A stretch of 64,000 bases of DNA from Vicinamibacteria bacterium (lineage in GTDB: Bacteria; Acidobacteriota; Vicinamibacteria; Marinacidobacterales; Marinacidobacteraceae): assembly GCA_965215615.1 (NCBI GenBank), contig OZ244068.1, positions 1,159,596-1,223,595 on the forward strand, written 5' to 3'. The notes below the pieces were generated by a model that was not told the origin of the DNA, made no database searches, and saw nothing but the letters and a program-made list of their open reading frames with translations. The position numbers and the translations under genes are program-made. This document shows, in pieces, positions 30,023 to 38,430 of the stretch (position 1 is its first letter; every line of letters starts with the position of its first letter).

Positions 30023-30263
30023 AATGCCTACGACGATTCACCTCACTCCCGACCTGCTGGCCGCCGTGGATCAGCGGGCCCGGGATCTCGAACTCACCCG
30101 GAACCGCTTTATCTCGGAGTCCCTCCGGCGAACGCTCGAAAACGACGAGCGGTGGAGCCCGGCTCTCGTTTCGGAGCTCCGTCGCGCCGGCTCGAGCCCC
30201 AAAGAGCGGCGCGCACTCACCGAGCTTCGCCGGAGCCTCCTGGCCGGGACGCACGAGCGATGA
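30012..30263 (+). CDS. vapB: Ribbon-helix-helix antitoxin (VapB/CopG-like).
   Basis: ...IHLTPDLLAAVDQRARDLELTRNRFISESLRRTLE... is an RHH fold. ATGA overlap with the downstream PIN gene. The true start may be the ATG at 30024 (leaderless). Confidence 0.7.
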   Translation: MIRIMPTTIHLTPDLLAAVDQRARDLELTRNRFISESLRRTLENDERWSPALVSELRRAGSSPKERRALTELRRSLLAGTHER

Positions 30264-30679
30264 AGCATCTGCTCGACACCGGGACGACCCTAAGCGCCAT
30301 GGCCGGCGACCCGGAAACGCTGGAACAGCTCTTCGCGCTTCGTCGCGCCGACGCGCAGATCCCCCAGCCGGTGGTGGCGGAGATCCTCGAGGCGGTCGCC
30401 CGGCTTTCCGATCCCCGGATGCGCGAGCTTTTCTCGACCCGCCTCGATCGTCTTCTCGAAGAAGCTGCCGTCGCACCGTGGACGACGGAAGTGAGCCGGG
30501 CCTATGCCGCGATCAAGAAGGACCTGAGCGACCGGGGACGAGAGATGCGGGATCTCGAGATCGCGACGGCCGCCCACGCGCTTGCGACCGAAGGGGTGCT
30601 GGTGACGACCCGGACGGCCCGGATGGCCTGGATTCGGGGGCTTTCGCTCGACAACTGGAGCGGTCCTTCCGGACGTTGA
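30260..30679 (+). CDS. vapC: PIN-domain toxin (VapC).
   Basis: MKHLLDTGTT... begins with the typical PIN acidic-residue pattern. Size and pairing with the RHH antitoxin agree. Confidence 0.65.
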   Translation: MKHLLDTGTTLSAMAGDPETLEQLFALRRADAQIPQPVVAEILEAVARLSDPRMRELFSTRLDRLLEEAAVAPWTTEVSRAYAAIKKDLSDRGREMRDLEIATAAHALATEGVLVTTRTARMAWIRGLSLDNWSGPSGR

Positions 30680-30683
30680 TGGC

Positions 30684-31409
30684 TTACTTCCCCAGCATGT
30701 CGGCGCGCCGGCGGACGGAATCCTCCGAAAACCAGGTGTCGAGAAACGCTTCCCGGCAGCGGGGGCGACGCGCCTCGGCCCGCTCGATGTAGCCCTCGCG
30801 CAGCGCCCGCTTGCTGTGGGTATAGGCGGTTCGCGGCTGTCCGCCGAGCATCTCGGCGTGCTCCACCGCGCGGTCGAGCAGCTCGGCAGGCGGAGAGAGC
30901 TGGTGGAGGAAGCCGGCACCGACCGCGCCCACCGGCTTGTTCAGTTGGCCGGCGAGCAGGACTTCGGGCATCCGCGACCGCGGCACGGCGGCCCGGATGA
31001 TCTGGAAGGCAGTCGCCGGAAACACGACACCGAGGCTCACTTCCGAGACCCCCACCCGGTAGCTCCCTTCGGCACCGAAGCGCACGTCGCAGGCGGCGGC
31101 GAGAACGGCACCCCCGGCGACCGCGTGCCCGTTCACCGCGGCGACCGTGGGACAGGGCAGGAGAAACAGCCGCAGGAGCAGATCCTCGAACGCATCGAGG
31201 AATTCCCCCATCTCTTCCCGGCTCTCGGGAAGGCTTTGGAGGTTCAAACCGGCCGAAAAGAACCGGCCGAAGCCGGTCAGGACCAGCGGTCGGCCACTCG
31301 TCTGAACCTCGTCGAGGCGCTGGTCCAGCATCGAGACCAGCTCCATGTCCACGGCGTTGGCAGTCCCGTGGCGCATCGAGACCACGAGGGCCTCATGGGT
31401 GCCGGACAC
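30684..31409 (-). CDS. Enoyl-CoA hydratase/isomerase (crotonase) family protein.
   Basis: ...VAAVNGHAVAGGAVLAAACDVRFGAE... is the crotonase oxyanion-hole region. Confidence 0.75.
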   Translation of the reverse strand: MSGTHEALVVSMRHGTANAVDMELVSMLDQRLDEVQTSGRPLVLTGFGRFFSAGLNLQSLPESREEMGEFLDAFEDLLLRLFLLPCPTVAAVNGHAVAGGAVLAAACDVRFGAEGSYRVGVSEVSLGVVFPATAFQIIRAAVPRSRMPEVLLAGQLNKPVGAVGAGFLHQLSPPAELLDRAVEHAEMLGGQPRTAYTHSKRALREGYIERAEARRPRCREAFLDTWFSEDSVRRRADMLGK

Positions 31410-31415
31410 GAACGG

Positions 31416-32042
31416 TTATTCGAGTCCGGCCAGGACTTCGAGCAGGGGTTCGTAGTCTTCCCGGACCCGGTAGTCGTAGTTCACGTAGCGGAGGATTCCC
31501 TCCCGGTCGATCACGAAGGTTGCCCGCGATGCGTAGCTTGCTCCGCCGATTTCGATCGGCTCCACTCCGTAGGCATCCACCACCTCGGACTTGCGGTCGG
31601 AGAGCAGAACGAGGCCGGGAAGTTCCGAAGGCGACCCCGGTGCGGCCATCATGCCGGATTCCTTGCCGACGCTTTCGAGCCAGTTCCACTGGGAGTACGG
31701 GGTGTCCACGCTGATCCCGAATACCTGGGTGTCCTCATCCAGAAACTTCTGGATGTCGTCCTTGTAGGACGAAAACTGGAGCGTTCAAGTGCCGGTCCAG
31801 TCCGCCACGTAGAACGCCAGCACGATGTTCTTTTCTCCAAGAACACGGCTCAGGTCGAGCGCGAGAGCGCCCGCCGACTCTCCGGCCGTCGAGGGCAGGG
31901 GGTTCGGGAAAGCCGGGGCTTCGTCGCCCACCTTCAGTTTCTTCATCTGGTTCATCGTCTGGGCGCTTGCCGCCGGCACTACGCCGAGCGCGAGGCCGAG
32001 AGCGAGCGCGGTGGCCCGTCGCCGGGAAAATCGGAATTGCAT
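31416..32042 (-). CDS. Periplasmic AhpC/TSA-family peroxiredoxin with an in-frame TGA at the peroxidatic-Cys position. This is either a candidate selenocysteine peroxiredoxin or a disrupted gene.
   Basis: Two same-frame ORFs (31788..32042 and 31416..31709) are separated only by TGA at 31785..31787. The joined translation reads ...KVGDEAPAF...IVLAFYVADWTGT[U]TLQFSSYKDDIQKFLDEDTQVFGISVDTPYSQWNW...RATFVIDREGILRY..., aligning with the Prx motif FYPxDWTxVC|TTE. There is an N-terminal signal peptide. Confidence 0.6.
31785..31787 (-). other. In-frame UGA codon (candidate Sec codon). A 6-bp-stem hairpin follows 12 nt downstream on the mRNA (genomic about 31757..31773).
   Basis: mRNA reads UGA ACG CUC CAG UUU UCGUCC UACAA GGACGA... 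Confidence 0.5.
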
Positions 32043-32208
32043 CGGGTACTCCTTCTCTCCTTGGATTTACCTATCCGGGAGGCGGGATTATGCCGTGCGG
32101 GGTATCCCTCCGCCCGAACCCGGCGAAGTAGAATGGCGGGGCCGTTGGCGCGTGCCGGCCGCTTCACGGGAACTACGGGGATTCACACACTACAGGGGAT
32201 TCACAACA

Positions 32209-32685
32209 GTGGCGCTCTCGTTTCGTGCAAAACTGGAGGGCGAGGTCCGCGCTCTCGAAGAAGAACTTCACCTCCATCTGCCAAAGCAGATCAAGGAAGC
32301 GCGCGAGCATGGTGATCTCTCCGAGAACGCCGAGTACGATGCCGCGAAGGAGCGCCAGGCCTTCGTCGCCGCCCGCCTCGCCCAGCTCAAGAAGCGGCTC
32401 GCCGATCTTTCGATGCTCCATCTCGATGGCATCCCGAACGACCGGATTTCCCTCGGCAGCGAAGTCCGGGTGATGGATCACACGAACGGCAAGGAGTTCC
32501 GGTACGAGCTCGTGGTCAGCGAAGAGGCGGACGCGAGTCTCGGTCGCATCTCCACGGCATCTCCCATCGGCCGGGCGCTGATGGGTGCGGCGGTCTCGGA
32601 TTTCGTGGTTCTCTCCGCTCCTTCCGGGGAGCGCGAACTCGAAGTCCTCGAACTCAAGACGATCCACGAGCGGGGAATCCTTTGA
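32209..32685 (+). CDS. greA: Transcription elongation factor GreA.
   Basis: ...AREHGDLSENAEYDAAKERQAF...LGSEVRV...ISTASPIGRALMG... matches GreA. Start taken at GTG 32209. The annotated ORF extends upstream, antisense to the Prx gene. Confidence 0.75.
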   Translation: MALSFRAKLEGEVRALEEELHLHLPKQIKEAREHGDLSENAEYDAAKERQAFVAARLAQLKKRLADLSMLHLDGIPNDRISLGSEVRVMDHTNGKEFRYELVVSEEADASLGRISTASPIGRALMGAAVSDFVVLSAPSGERELEVLELKTIHERGIL

Positions 32686-34022
32686 GGAGCGGCCTGTTGA
32701 GGACTGGCCTGTTGGGCCGCCTCGCCGCCCCGCTCGTGGCGCTCGGCGTGCTTTTCTCCGCCCGGGGGGCGGCTGCGAACGAGATCCGCCAGGTGGACGT
32801 GGTGGACATCATCCACGCGGTCTCGGCGGCGCGGGTAGTGGAGACCATCGAGACCGCCGCCGAGCAGGATGCCGGCCTCGTCCTGTTGCGCCTCGATACT
32901 CCGGGCGGGCTCGACACTTCGATGCGGGAGATCATCGAAGCCATCCTGAACAGCCCCACGCCGGTCGCGGTTTTCGTCGGCCCTTCGGGTGCACGCGCCG
33001 CTTCCGCCGGGTTCCTCATCACTCTCGCCGCCGATATCTCCGGGATGGCGCCCGGAACCAACATGGGCGCGGCCACTCCGGTTGCCGGGACCGGCGGAGA
33101 AATGCCGGAAACGCTCAGCCGGAAAGTGGAGTCGGATGCCGCCGCCTACCTCCGCTCGATCGCCGAGCGGCGCGGCCGCGATGTGGAGCTCGCCGAGCTC
33201 GGGGTTACCGAAGCGCGGAGCTGGACGGCCTCGGAAGCGCTCGAAGCCGGCCTGATCGATGTGGTGGCGGCCGACGTGAGTGAGTTTCTCGCGACCCTCG
33301 ACGGGCAGACGGTGCAGCGCATCGACGGAGAAGAGCAGGTTCTCGACATCGGCGGACTCCCGGTGGTGACGACCGAACTGAGTTTCCGTGATCGCGCGCT
33401 TTCCTTCATCGCCAACCCGAGCCTCGCGGTGATTCTCGGCATGATCGGCCTGCTGGGCCTCTATCTCGAGTTCTCGAACCCCGGAATGCTGTTCCCCGGC
33501 ATCCTGGGCCTCGTGGCCTTGGTTCTCGCCGGTTTCGGCCTGAACCTGTTGCCGATCAACGCGCTCGGGGTGCTGCTGCTGCTCGCCGGTCTCGGCCTGC
33601 TGATCGCCGAAACCATGACCCCCTCTTTCGGCCTCCTGGGACTGGGCGGCGCCCTCTCGCTCGCCGCCGGCCTGCTCTTCTTCTTCGAGGAACAGTCCCT
33701 TCCCACTCCGGAGCTCAGCGTGTCCTACGGTCTCGTGCTTCCCACCGTCATCGTATTCGTCGCTCTCGTCTTCTTTCTCGGCCAGATGGTCCTGCGCGCC
33801 CAACGGCTGCCGGCGGTCACCGGGCAGGAGGGGATGGTCGGGCTGGTAGCCACCGCCCGCACCGCGATCCCGGCGGATGGCGCGGGAACCGTGTTCGTCC
33901 ACGGCGAGTACTGGCAGGCCACTGCGCCTTCCCCGGTCGAAGCCGGTCAACGGGTCCGCATCGAGTCGGTGGACGGACTCACCCTTCGCGTCGGGCCAGC
34001 CGGAGATCCTCGCGACACTTGA
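32682..34022 (+). CDS. NfeD-family membrane-bound ClpP-class serine protease (stomatin operon partner).
   Basis: ClpP-like N-terminal domain (...LRLDTPGGLDTSMREII...), a multi-TM middle, and a C-terminal OB/NfeD beta-domain. Followed by an SPFH gene. Confidence 0.75.
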   Translation: MRSGLLRTGLLGRLAAPLVALGVLFSARGAAANEIRQVDVVDIIHAVSAARVVETIETAAEQDAGLVLLRLDTPGGLDTSMREIIEAILNSPTPVAVFVGPSGARAASAGFLITLAADISGMAPGTNMGAATPVAGTGGEMPETLSRKVESDAAAYLRSIAERRGRDVELAELGVTEARSWTASEALEAGLIDVVAADVSEFLATLDGQTVQRIDGEEQVLDIGGLPVVTTELSFRDRALSFIANPSLAVILGMIGLLGLYLEFSNPGMLFPGILGLVALVLAGFGLNLLPINALGVLLLLAGLGLLIAETMTPSFGLLGLGGALSLAAGLLFFFEEQSLPTPELSVSYGLVLPTVIVFVALVFFLGQMVLRAQRLPAVTGQEGMVGLVATARTAIPADGAGTVFVHGEYWQATAPSPVEAGQRVRIESVDGLTLRVGPAGDPRDT

Positions 34023-34066
34023 TCCTCCGCCCCCGATTCCAACCCTGACTCCCAAAGGAGCTTCCC

Positions 34067-34852
34067 ATGTTTGGCCTTCCTCTCGGAACCCTGGTCGCGA
34101 TCGCTTTGGTCGCGGTGTTCGTGCTCAACTGGGTCAAGGTGTTGAACGAATACGAGCGCGGGGTCGTCTTCCGCTTCGGAAAGCTCATCCCCGGCACCAA
34201 GGGGCCGGGCCTCGTCCTGGTGCTGTCCCCGATCGACCGGATGGTCCGGGTCAGCCTGCGGCTCGTGGCTTTCGATGTCCCGCCCCAGGACATCATCACT
34301 CGCGACAACGTCTCGGTGAAGGTGAACGCGGTGGTGTTTTTCCGGGTGATCGATCCCGTCAAGGCGGTCATCGAGGTCGAGGATTACCTGTACACCACAT
34401 CCCAGCTCGCCCAGACGACGCTCCGCAGCGTTCTCGGGCAGGTGGAGCTCGACGACCTGCTCTCGCAGCGTGAAGAGCTGAACACCCAGTTGCAGCGGAT
34501 CCTCGACGACCAGACCGACCCGTGGGGAATCAAGGTCGCTTCGGTGGAAGTCAAGCACGTGGACCTTCCCGCGGACATGACCCGGGCGCTGGCGCGCCAG
34601 GCCGAGGCCGAGCGCGAGAAGCGCGCCAAGGTCATCCACGCCGAAGGCGAGCTTCAGGCTTCGGAACAACTGGCCCAGGCCGCGAAGGTGGTCGGCAGCC
34701 ATCCGCTCGGTGCCCAGTTGCGCTACCTCCAGACGCTCACCGAGATCGCCTCCGAGAAGAACTCCACGGTGGTCTTCCCGTTGCCGCTGGATCTGGTCCG
34801 GCCGTTTCTCGAGTCGCCCCGGTCCGATTCCCCCAAGTCGGATTCTCAATGA
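34067..34852 (+). CDS. SPFH/Band-7 (stomatin-like) protein.
   Basis: N-terminal TM segment, then ...[12 protein letters not shown]...[18 protein letters not shown]... is an SPFH domain. Coiled-coil Ala/Glu-rich tail. Confidence 0.85.
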   Translation: MFGLPLGTLVAIALVAVFVLNWVKVLNEYERGVVFRFGKLIPGTKGPGLVLVLSPIDRMVRVSLRLVAFDVPPQDIITRDNVSVKVNAVVFFRVIDPVKAVIEVEDYLYTTSQLAQTTLRSVLGQVELDDLLSQREELNTQLQRILDDQTDPWGIKVASVEVKHVDLPADMTRALARQAEAEREKRAKVIHAEGELQASEQLAQAAKVVGSHPLGAQLRYLQTLTEIASEKNSTVVFPLPLDLVRPFLESPRSDSPKSDSQ

Positions 34853-34867
34853 GACTGAGGGCGCACC

Positions 34868-35419
34868 ATGAATAACTCGTCGGACGACTACTACGACGTT
34901 CAATTCACCACCCGGCAACTGGCGGTTCTGCTGGGGCTGCTGATCATCATCGTGGGGGGCGTTTTCGTTGGCGGCATCCTGGTCGGGCGCAATCTGGCTC
35001 CTCCCGGCCTCGTGGCGGGAGCGCCCGCTCCGCTGCCCGAGGAGCCGCCGTCCGAATCGACACCCACTCAATCACCTACTCAATCAAACGACGAGCCGAT
35101 CATCGGAGCCGGAACGCCCCCGCCCGCACCGGTGGCTTCTCCGGTGATCGCGAACCCGGAAAGCGTCACCCCGTCTCCTCCGCCCGCCTCGCCCGGAGTG
35201 GGCGATTTCACGATCCAGGTCGCTGCGGTGCGCGACCAGCAAAGCGCCGAGAATCTCCAGCAGGCGCTCACCGCCATCGGTCTCGAAGCCTATCTGGAAG
35301 CGGCCCCCCGCGGACTGATCCGGGTGCGGGTTGGCCGTTTTCCGAGCCGGGAAGCCGCCCGCGAGACGGTGGAGCTCCTTCAGGCGAACGGGCGGCAGGC
35401 GATCATCGTTCCCCGGTAG
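34868..35419 (+). CDS. SPOR-domain (peptidoglycan-binding) membrane protein.
   Basis: N-terminal TM, Pro-rich linker, and C-terminal ...FTIQVAAVRDQQSAENLQQ...GLEAYL...IRVRVGRFPSREAARETV... SPOR fold. Confidence 0.65.
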   Translation: MNNSSDDYYDVQFTTRQLAVLLGLLIIIVGGVFVGGILVGRNLAPPGLVAGAPAPLPEEPPSESTPTQSPTQSNDEPIIGAGTPPPAPVASPVIANPESVTPSPPPASPGVGDFTIQVAAVRDQQSAENLQQALTAIGLEAYLEAAPRGLIRVRVGRFPSREAARETVELLQANGRQAIIVPR

Positions 35420-35439
35420 GAACTTCTCCGTTAGCCACC

Positions 35440-36568
35440 ATGTCGCAGGAACTCATCGAAAGCTGGACGGCGCTTCAGCACCGGGTCGGCATCATCCGGG
35501 GGTTTCTTTGACGAAGACGCCGCCGCCGGGGAAATCCGCGAACTCGACCGCAAGCTGAGCGACCCGGACATCTGGGTGAAGCCGGAGGGCGGCCAGCAGC
35601 TTTCGCGTCGTCGTGCCTCGCTCCAGGCCGAGCTGGATGGCCTCCGCGAACTCGACGGGCTCGAGGAAGAGATCGCGACGCTCGTCGAGTGGGCGGGAGA
35701 AGGCGAGGACGTGGAGGCCGATCTCCGGGAGCACCTTTCGCGGCTGGAGTCGCGGGTATCCGACCTCGAACTCGGCCAGTTGTTCGCCGGCGAGCACGAC
35801 GCGGAAGATGCCATCGTCTCGATCAATCCGGGGGCCGGGGGCACCGATGCCCAGGACTGGGCCGGGATGCTGCTCGAGATGTACCTGCGCTGGGCTGAAG
35901 CTCGCGGGCTGACGGTCGAGATTCTCGATCGCCAGCCCGGTGACGAGGCCGGGATCAAGAGCGCGACCTTCGAGGTCCGGGGGGATCATGCCTACGGCCG
36001 GCTCCGGGTCGAATCCGGTGTCCATCGACTGGTCCGCATGTCTCCTTTCGACACCCAGCACCGGCGCCACACCAGCTTCGCATCGGTGGCGGCGTTCCCG
36101 GATCTCGACGACCGGATCGAGATCGAAATCGAGGAAGGCGACCTGCGCATCGACACTTTCCGGGCCAGCGGCAAGGGCGGCCAGCACGTGAACGTGACCG
36201 ATTCGGCGGTGCGGATCACCCACATCCCCTCCGGAATCGTGGTCTCCTGTCAGAACGAGCGCTCCCAGCACCGCAATCGGGACAGCGCCATGAAGGTATT
36301 GCGCGCCCGGCTCCACGACAAGGCGGTCCGCGAACGGAAGGAGGCGGAGGCGGCCCAGAAGGAGAGCCTCGGAGAGAACACCTGGGGCAACCAGATCCGT
36401 TCCTATGTTTTTCAGCCCTACCGTCTGGTCAAGGACCACCGCACCGGACACCAGGCGGGTGACGTGGACCGCGTGATGCACGGCGATCTCGATCCGTTCA
36501 TCAAGGCGGGGCTCACCTTCTTCTCGCAGCGCGAGCGCGCCCGAACCCAGAACCCGAATCTACAATGA
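35440..36568 (+). CDS. prfB: Peptide chain release factor 2 with a programmed +1 frameshift.
   Basis: ORF0 MSQELIESWTALQHRVGIIRGFL ends at CTT TGA C (35506..35512), preceded by a GGGGG SD-like element. The +1 frame continues DEDAAAGEIRELDRK...SGKGGQHVNVTDSAVRITH... (GGQ motif). Confidence 0.9.
35506..35512 (+). other. prfB +1 programmed ribosomal frameshift site CUU UGA C.
   Basis: Seen directly. SD-like GGGGG lies 3 nt upstream. Confidence 0.85.
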
Positions 36569-37482
36569 GAACCATGCGAAGAACCCTGCTCCCCGTCTCC
36601 CTTCTCCTCGTGGTCGCCGCCTGTGCCGGGCCGGAAAGCGAGCCCTTCGATCCCGTCGCATGGGAAGTGGGGGAAACCGCCTGGCGCGCCGAGGAAGAAG
36701 CGATCCTCACCTCCGACCGGAGCTGGCTCACGGTGGCCGATCTCCACTTTCTCACCGTGGGTGAACACACCGTCGGCAGCGGCGAATCCGACGACCTGCG
36801 TCTGCCCGAACGGTTTCCGGAAGCGGCGGTGCGGGTCACCTACGACGCGGAAGGCCGCGCGTTCGCCGAAGTGCGCGACGGATTGGGGGCAACCCGCCAC
36901 GGCGAGGCGTTCACCTCCGGCGAGATCGAGGTCGGAGAAGCGAACGCGATCGTCCTCGACGAGCGCATCAGCTTCTGGTTCCACACGTCCGGCGAGCGGC
37001 GGGCGCTCCGTCTCCGGAACCTGGATCACTGGCTGCGGACCACCTTCACCGGCCGCGTCTGGTACCCGCTCGACGAGAGATATCGCATCGAAGGCCGCTT
37101 CGAGCCGTACCCCGAGGAGCGGGCGATCAAGGCGGTGAACATCCGTGGGGATCTCGAGGATTACGTTTCGCACGGCGACGTGGTTTTCGAGCTCGACGGC
37201 GAGAGTCACCGGATGCAGGCCTTCACCCGGGCGAACGGAGATCTGTTTTTCGTGATGACCGATGGCACGAGCGGGACCGAGACCTATCCCTCGGCGCGTT
37301 TCCTCGAGATGCCTCCACCCGAAGCCGGCCGGGTGGTCATGGACTTCAACCGGGCGGTGAATCCCCCCTGCGGGTTCAGCGAGTTCACCACCTGCCCGAC
37401 ACCCCCCGCGGAAAACCGGCTCCCGGTGCGGATCGAGGCCGGTGAGAAGCGCTACCCGCGTCCTCCGGTTCCGACGGACTGA
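36565..37482 (+). CDS. DUF1684-family lipoprotein.
   Basis: Lipobox LLLVVAACAG. The C-terminal ...FNRAVNPPCGFSEFTTCPTPPAENRLPVRIEAGEKRY motif is characteristic of DUF1684. Confidence 0.55.
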   Translation: MRTMRRTLLPVSLLLVVAACAGPESEPFDPVAWEVGETAWRAEEEAILTSDRSWLTVADLHFLTVGEHTVGSGESDDLRLPERFPEAAVRVTYDAEGRAFAEVRDGLGATRHGEAFTSGEIEVGEANAIVLDERISFWFHTSGERRALRLRNLDHWLRTTFTGRVWYPLDERYRIEGRFEPYPEERAIKAVNIRGDLEDYVSHGDVVFELDGESHRMQAFTRANGDLFFVMTDGTSGTETYPSARFLEMPPPEAGRVVMDFNRAVNPPCGFSEFTTCPTPPAENRLPVRIEAGEKRYPRPPVPTD

Positions 37483-37895
37483 TGGGACGGGTCGGAGTCG
37501 GATTATCGGTCGCGCTGGACCGCGAAGTGGAAGGGGCGGACCCCGATCGTTTCGCCGGCCACGCGCTGAACCAGGCGCGCTGGGAGCTCTCGGAAGCGGC
37601 GGAAGCGGCGGGGCTCCCACCGCTCGATGAGTACGTGAGCCTGAGTCCCGAGGAGTCGGAGATCCTGGCCGCCGACCTCAACTTCGACTCGGACGTGGAT
37701 GCGGTGACCCCGGCCGGCTGGTTCCGGGCGGAGGAGGGCCTGGCGCTGGTTCGGGCGCTCCTCGGCCGGGTCGTGGGCGATCCGGAGGCGTTTCCCGAGT
37801 CGGAAGCGGTTCAAGCGGAACTCACCCAACTGGAAGCGCTGCTCGCCGCCGCGGCCGGAGCCGGGGTGAACTTCCGTCTCTCGGTCGCCTATTGA
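37482..37895 (+). CDS. Hypothetical protein.
   Basis: ORF with good coding bias. No motif recognised. Confidence 0.4.
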   Translation: MGRVGVGLSVALDREVEGADPDRFAGHALNQARWELSEAAEAAGLPPLDEYVSLSPEESEILAADLNFDSDVDAVTPAGWFRAEEGLALVRALLGRVVGDPEAFPESEAVQAELTQLEALLAAAAGAGVNFRLSVAY

Positions 37896-38394
37896 GTCGA
37901 AAGGCGGCTCGTCACCCAGCTCACGAGCCCGCCTCCGAGCGTCGTGACGGCGAGCATCCAGAAGACCACCTGCGCGATCACTCCGCCGAGGAACCACTGG
38001 GCGAGCGGGGCCATGTGGTCCATGTCCGGATAGGCATCGTAGTGGGTGCCCCAGTCCCCGAGAGTCGCGAACAGCATCACCACCATCACCGGAACCCGGG
38101 CACCGACCGAGTAGGAGAAGTTGGCCTTGAGCGCGCCCCGGAAATCGCTCGCGCCGGAACGTCCCCGCAGCGCGCCGAACCAGATCGCGAACACCGGGAT
38201 CAGCCAGGTGATGCCGATGATCGCACCCATGCCCCCGGCTTCCCGGTTGACGAGCCAGTCGGGCAGGCCGCCGAGCGCCCCGACGAGGCGCAGCAGGGTG
38301 ACCCCGAGCGAGATCAGGATGGCGATGCGGACGGCCCCGGCGAGTCCTTCCTCGTCGAGCGTCCGGGAGAAGGGAATCCAGAAACGCATCGGCA
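37889..38394 (-). CDS. Small integral membrane protein, about 168 aa.
   Basis: A GGAGGT RBS lies 5 nt before ATG (MPMRFWIPFS...). There are 4-5 predicted TM helices. The upstream part of ORF 37889..38560 is rejected. Confidence 0.5.
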
Positions 38395-38430
38395 TACCTC
38401 CGATGCGCGGGAGTTTGTCAGAATGGCCGG

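Noticed and set aside
31416-32042. Treating the peroxiredoxin as two separate small genes (85 aa and 97 aa), as the ORF track does.
   Set aside because: Neither fragment is a complete thioredoxin fold. They are in the same frame, contiguous, and together reconstruct a full Prx with the stop exactly at the catalytic residue. The fragments are therefore merged, and the Sec-versus-pseudogene question is flagged instead.
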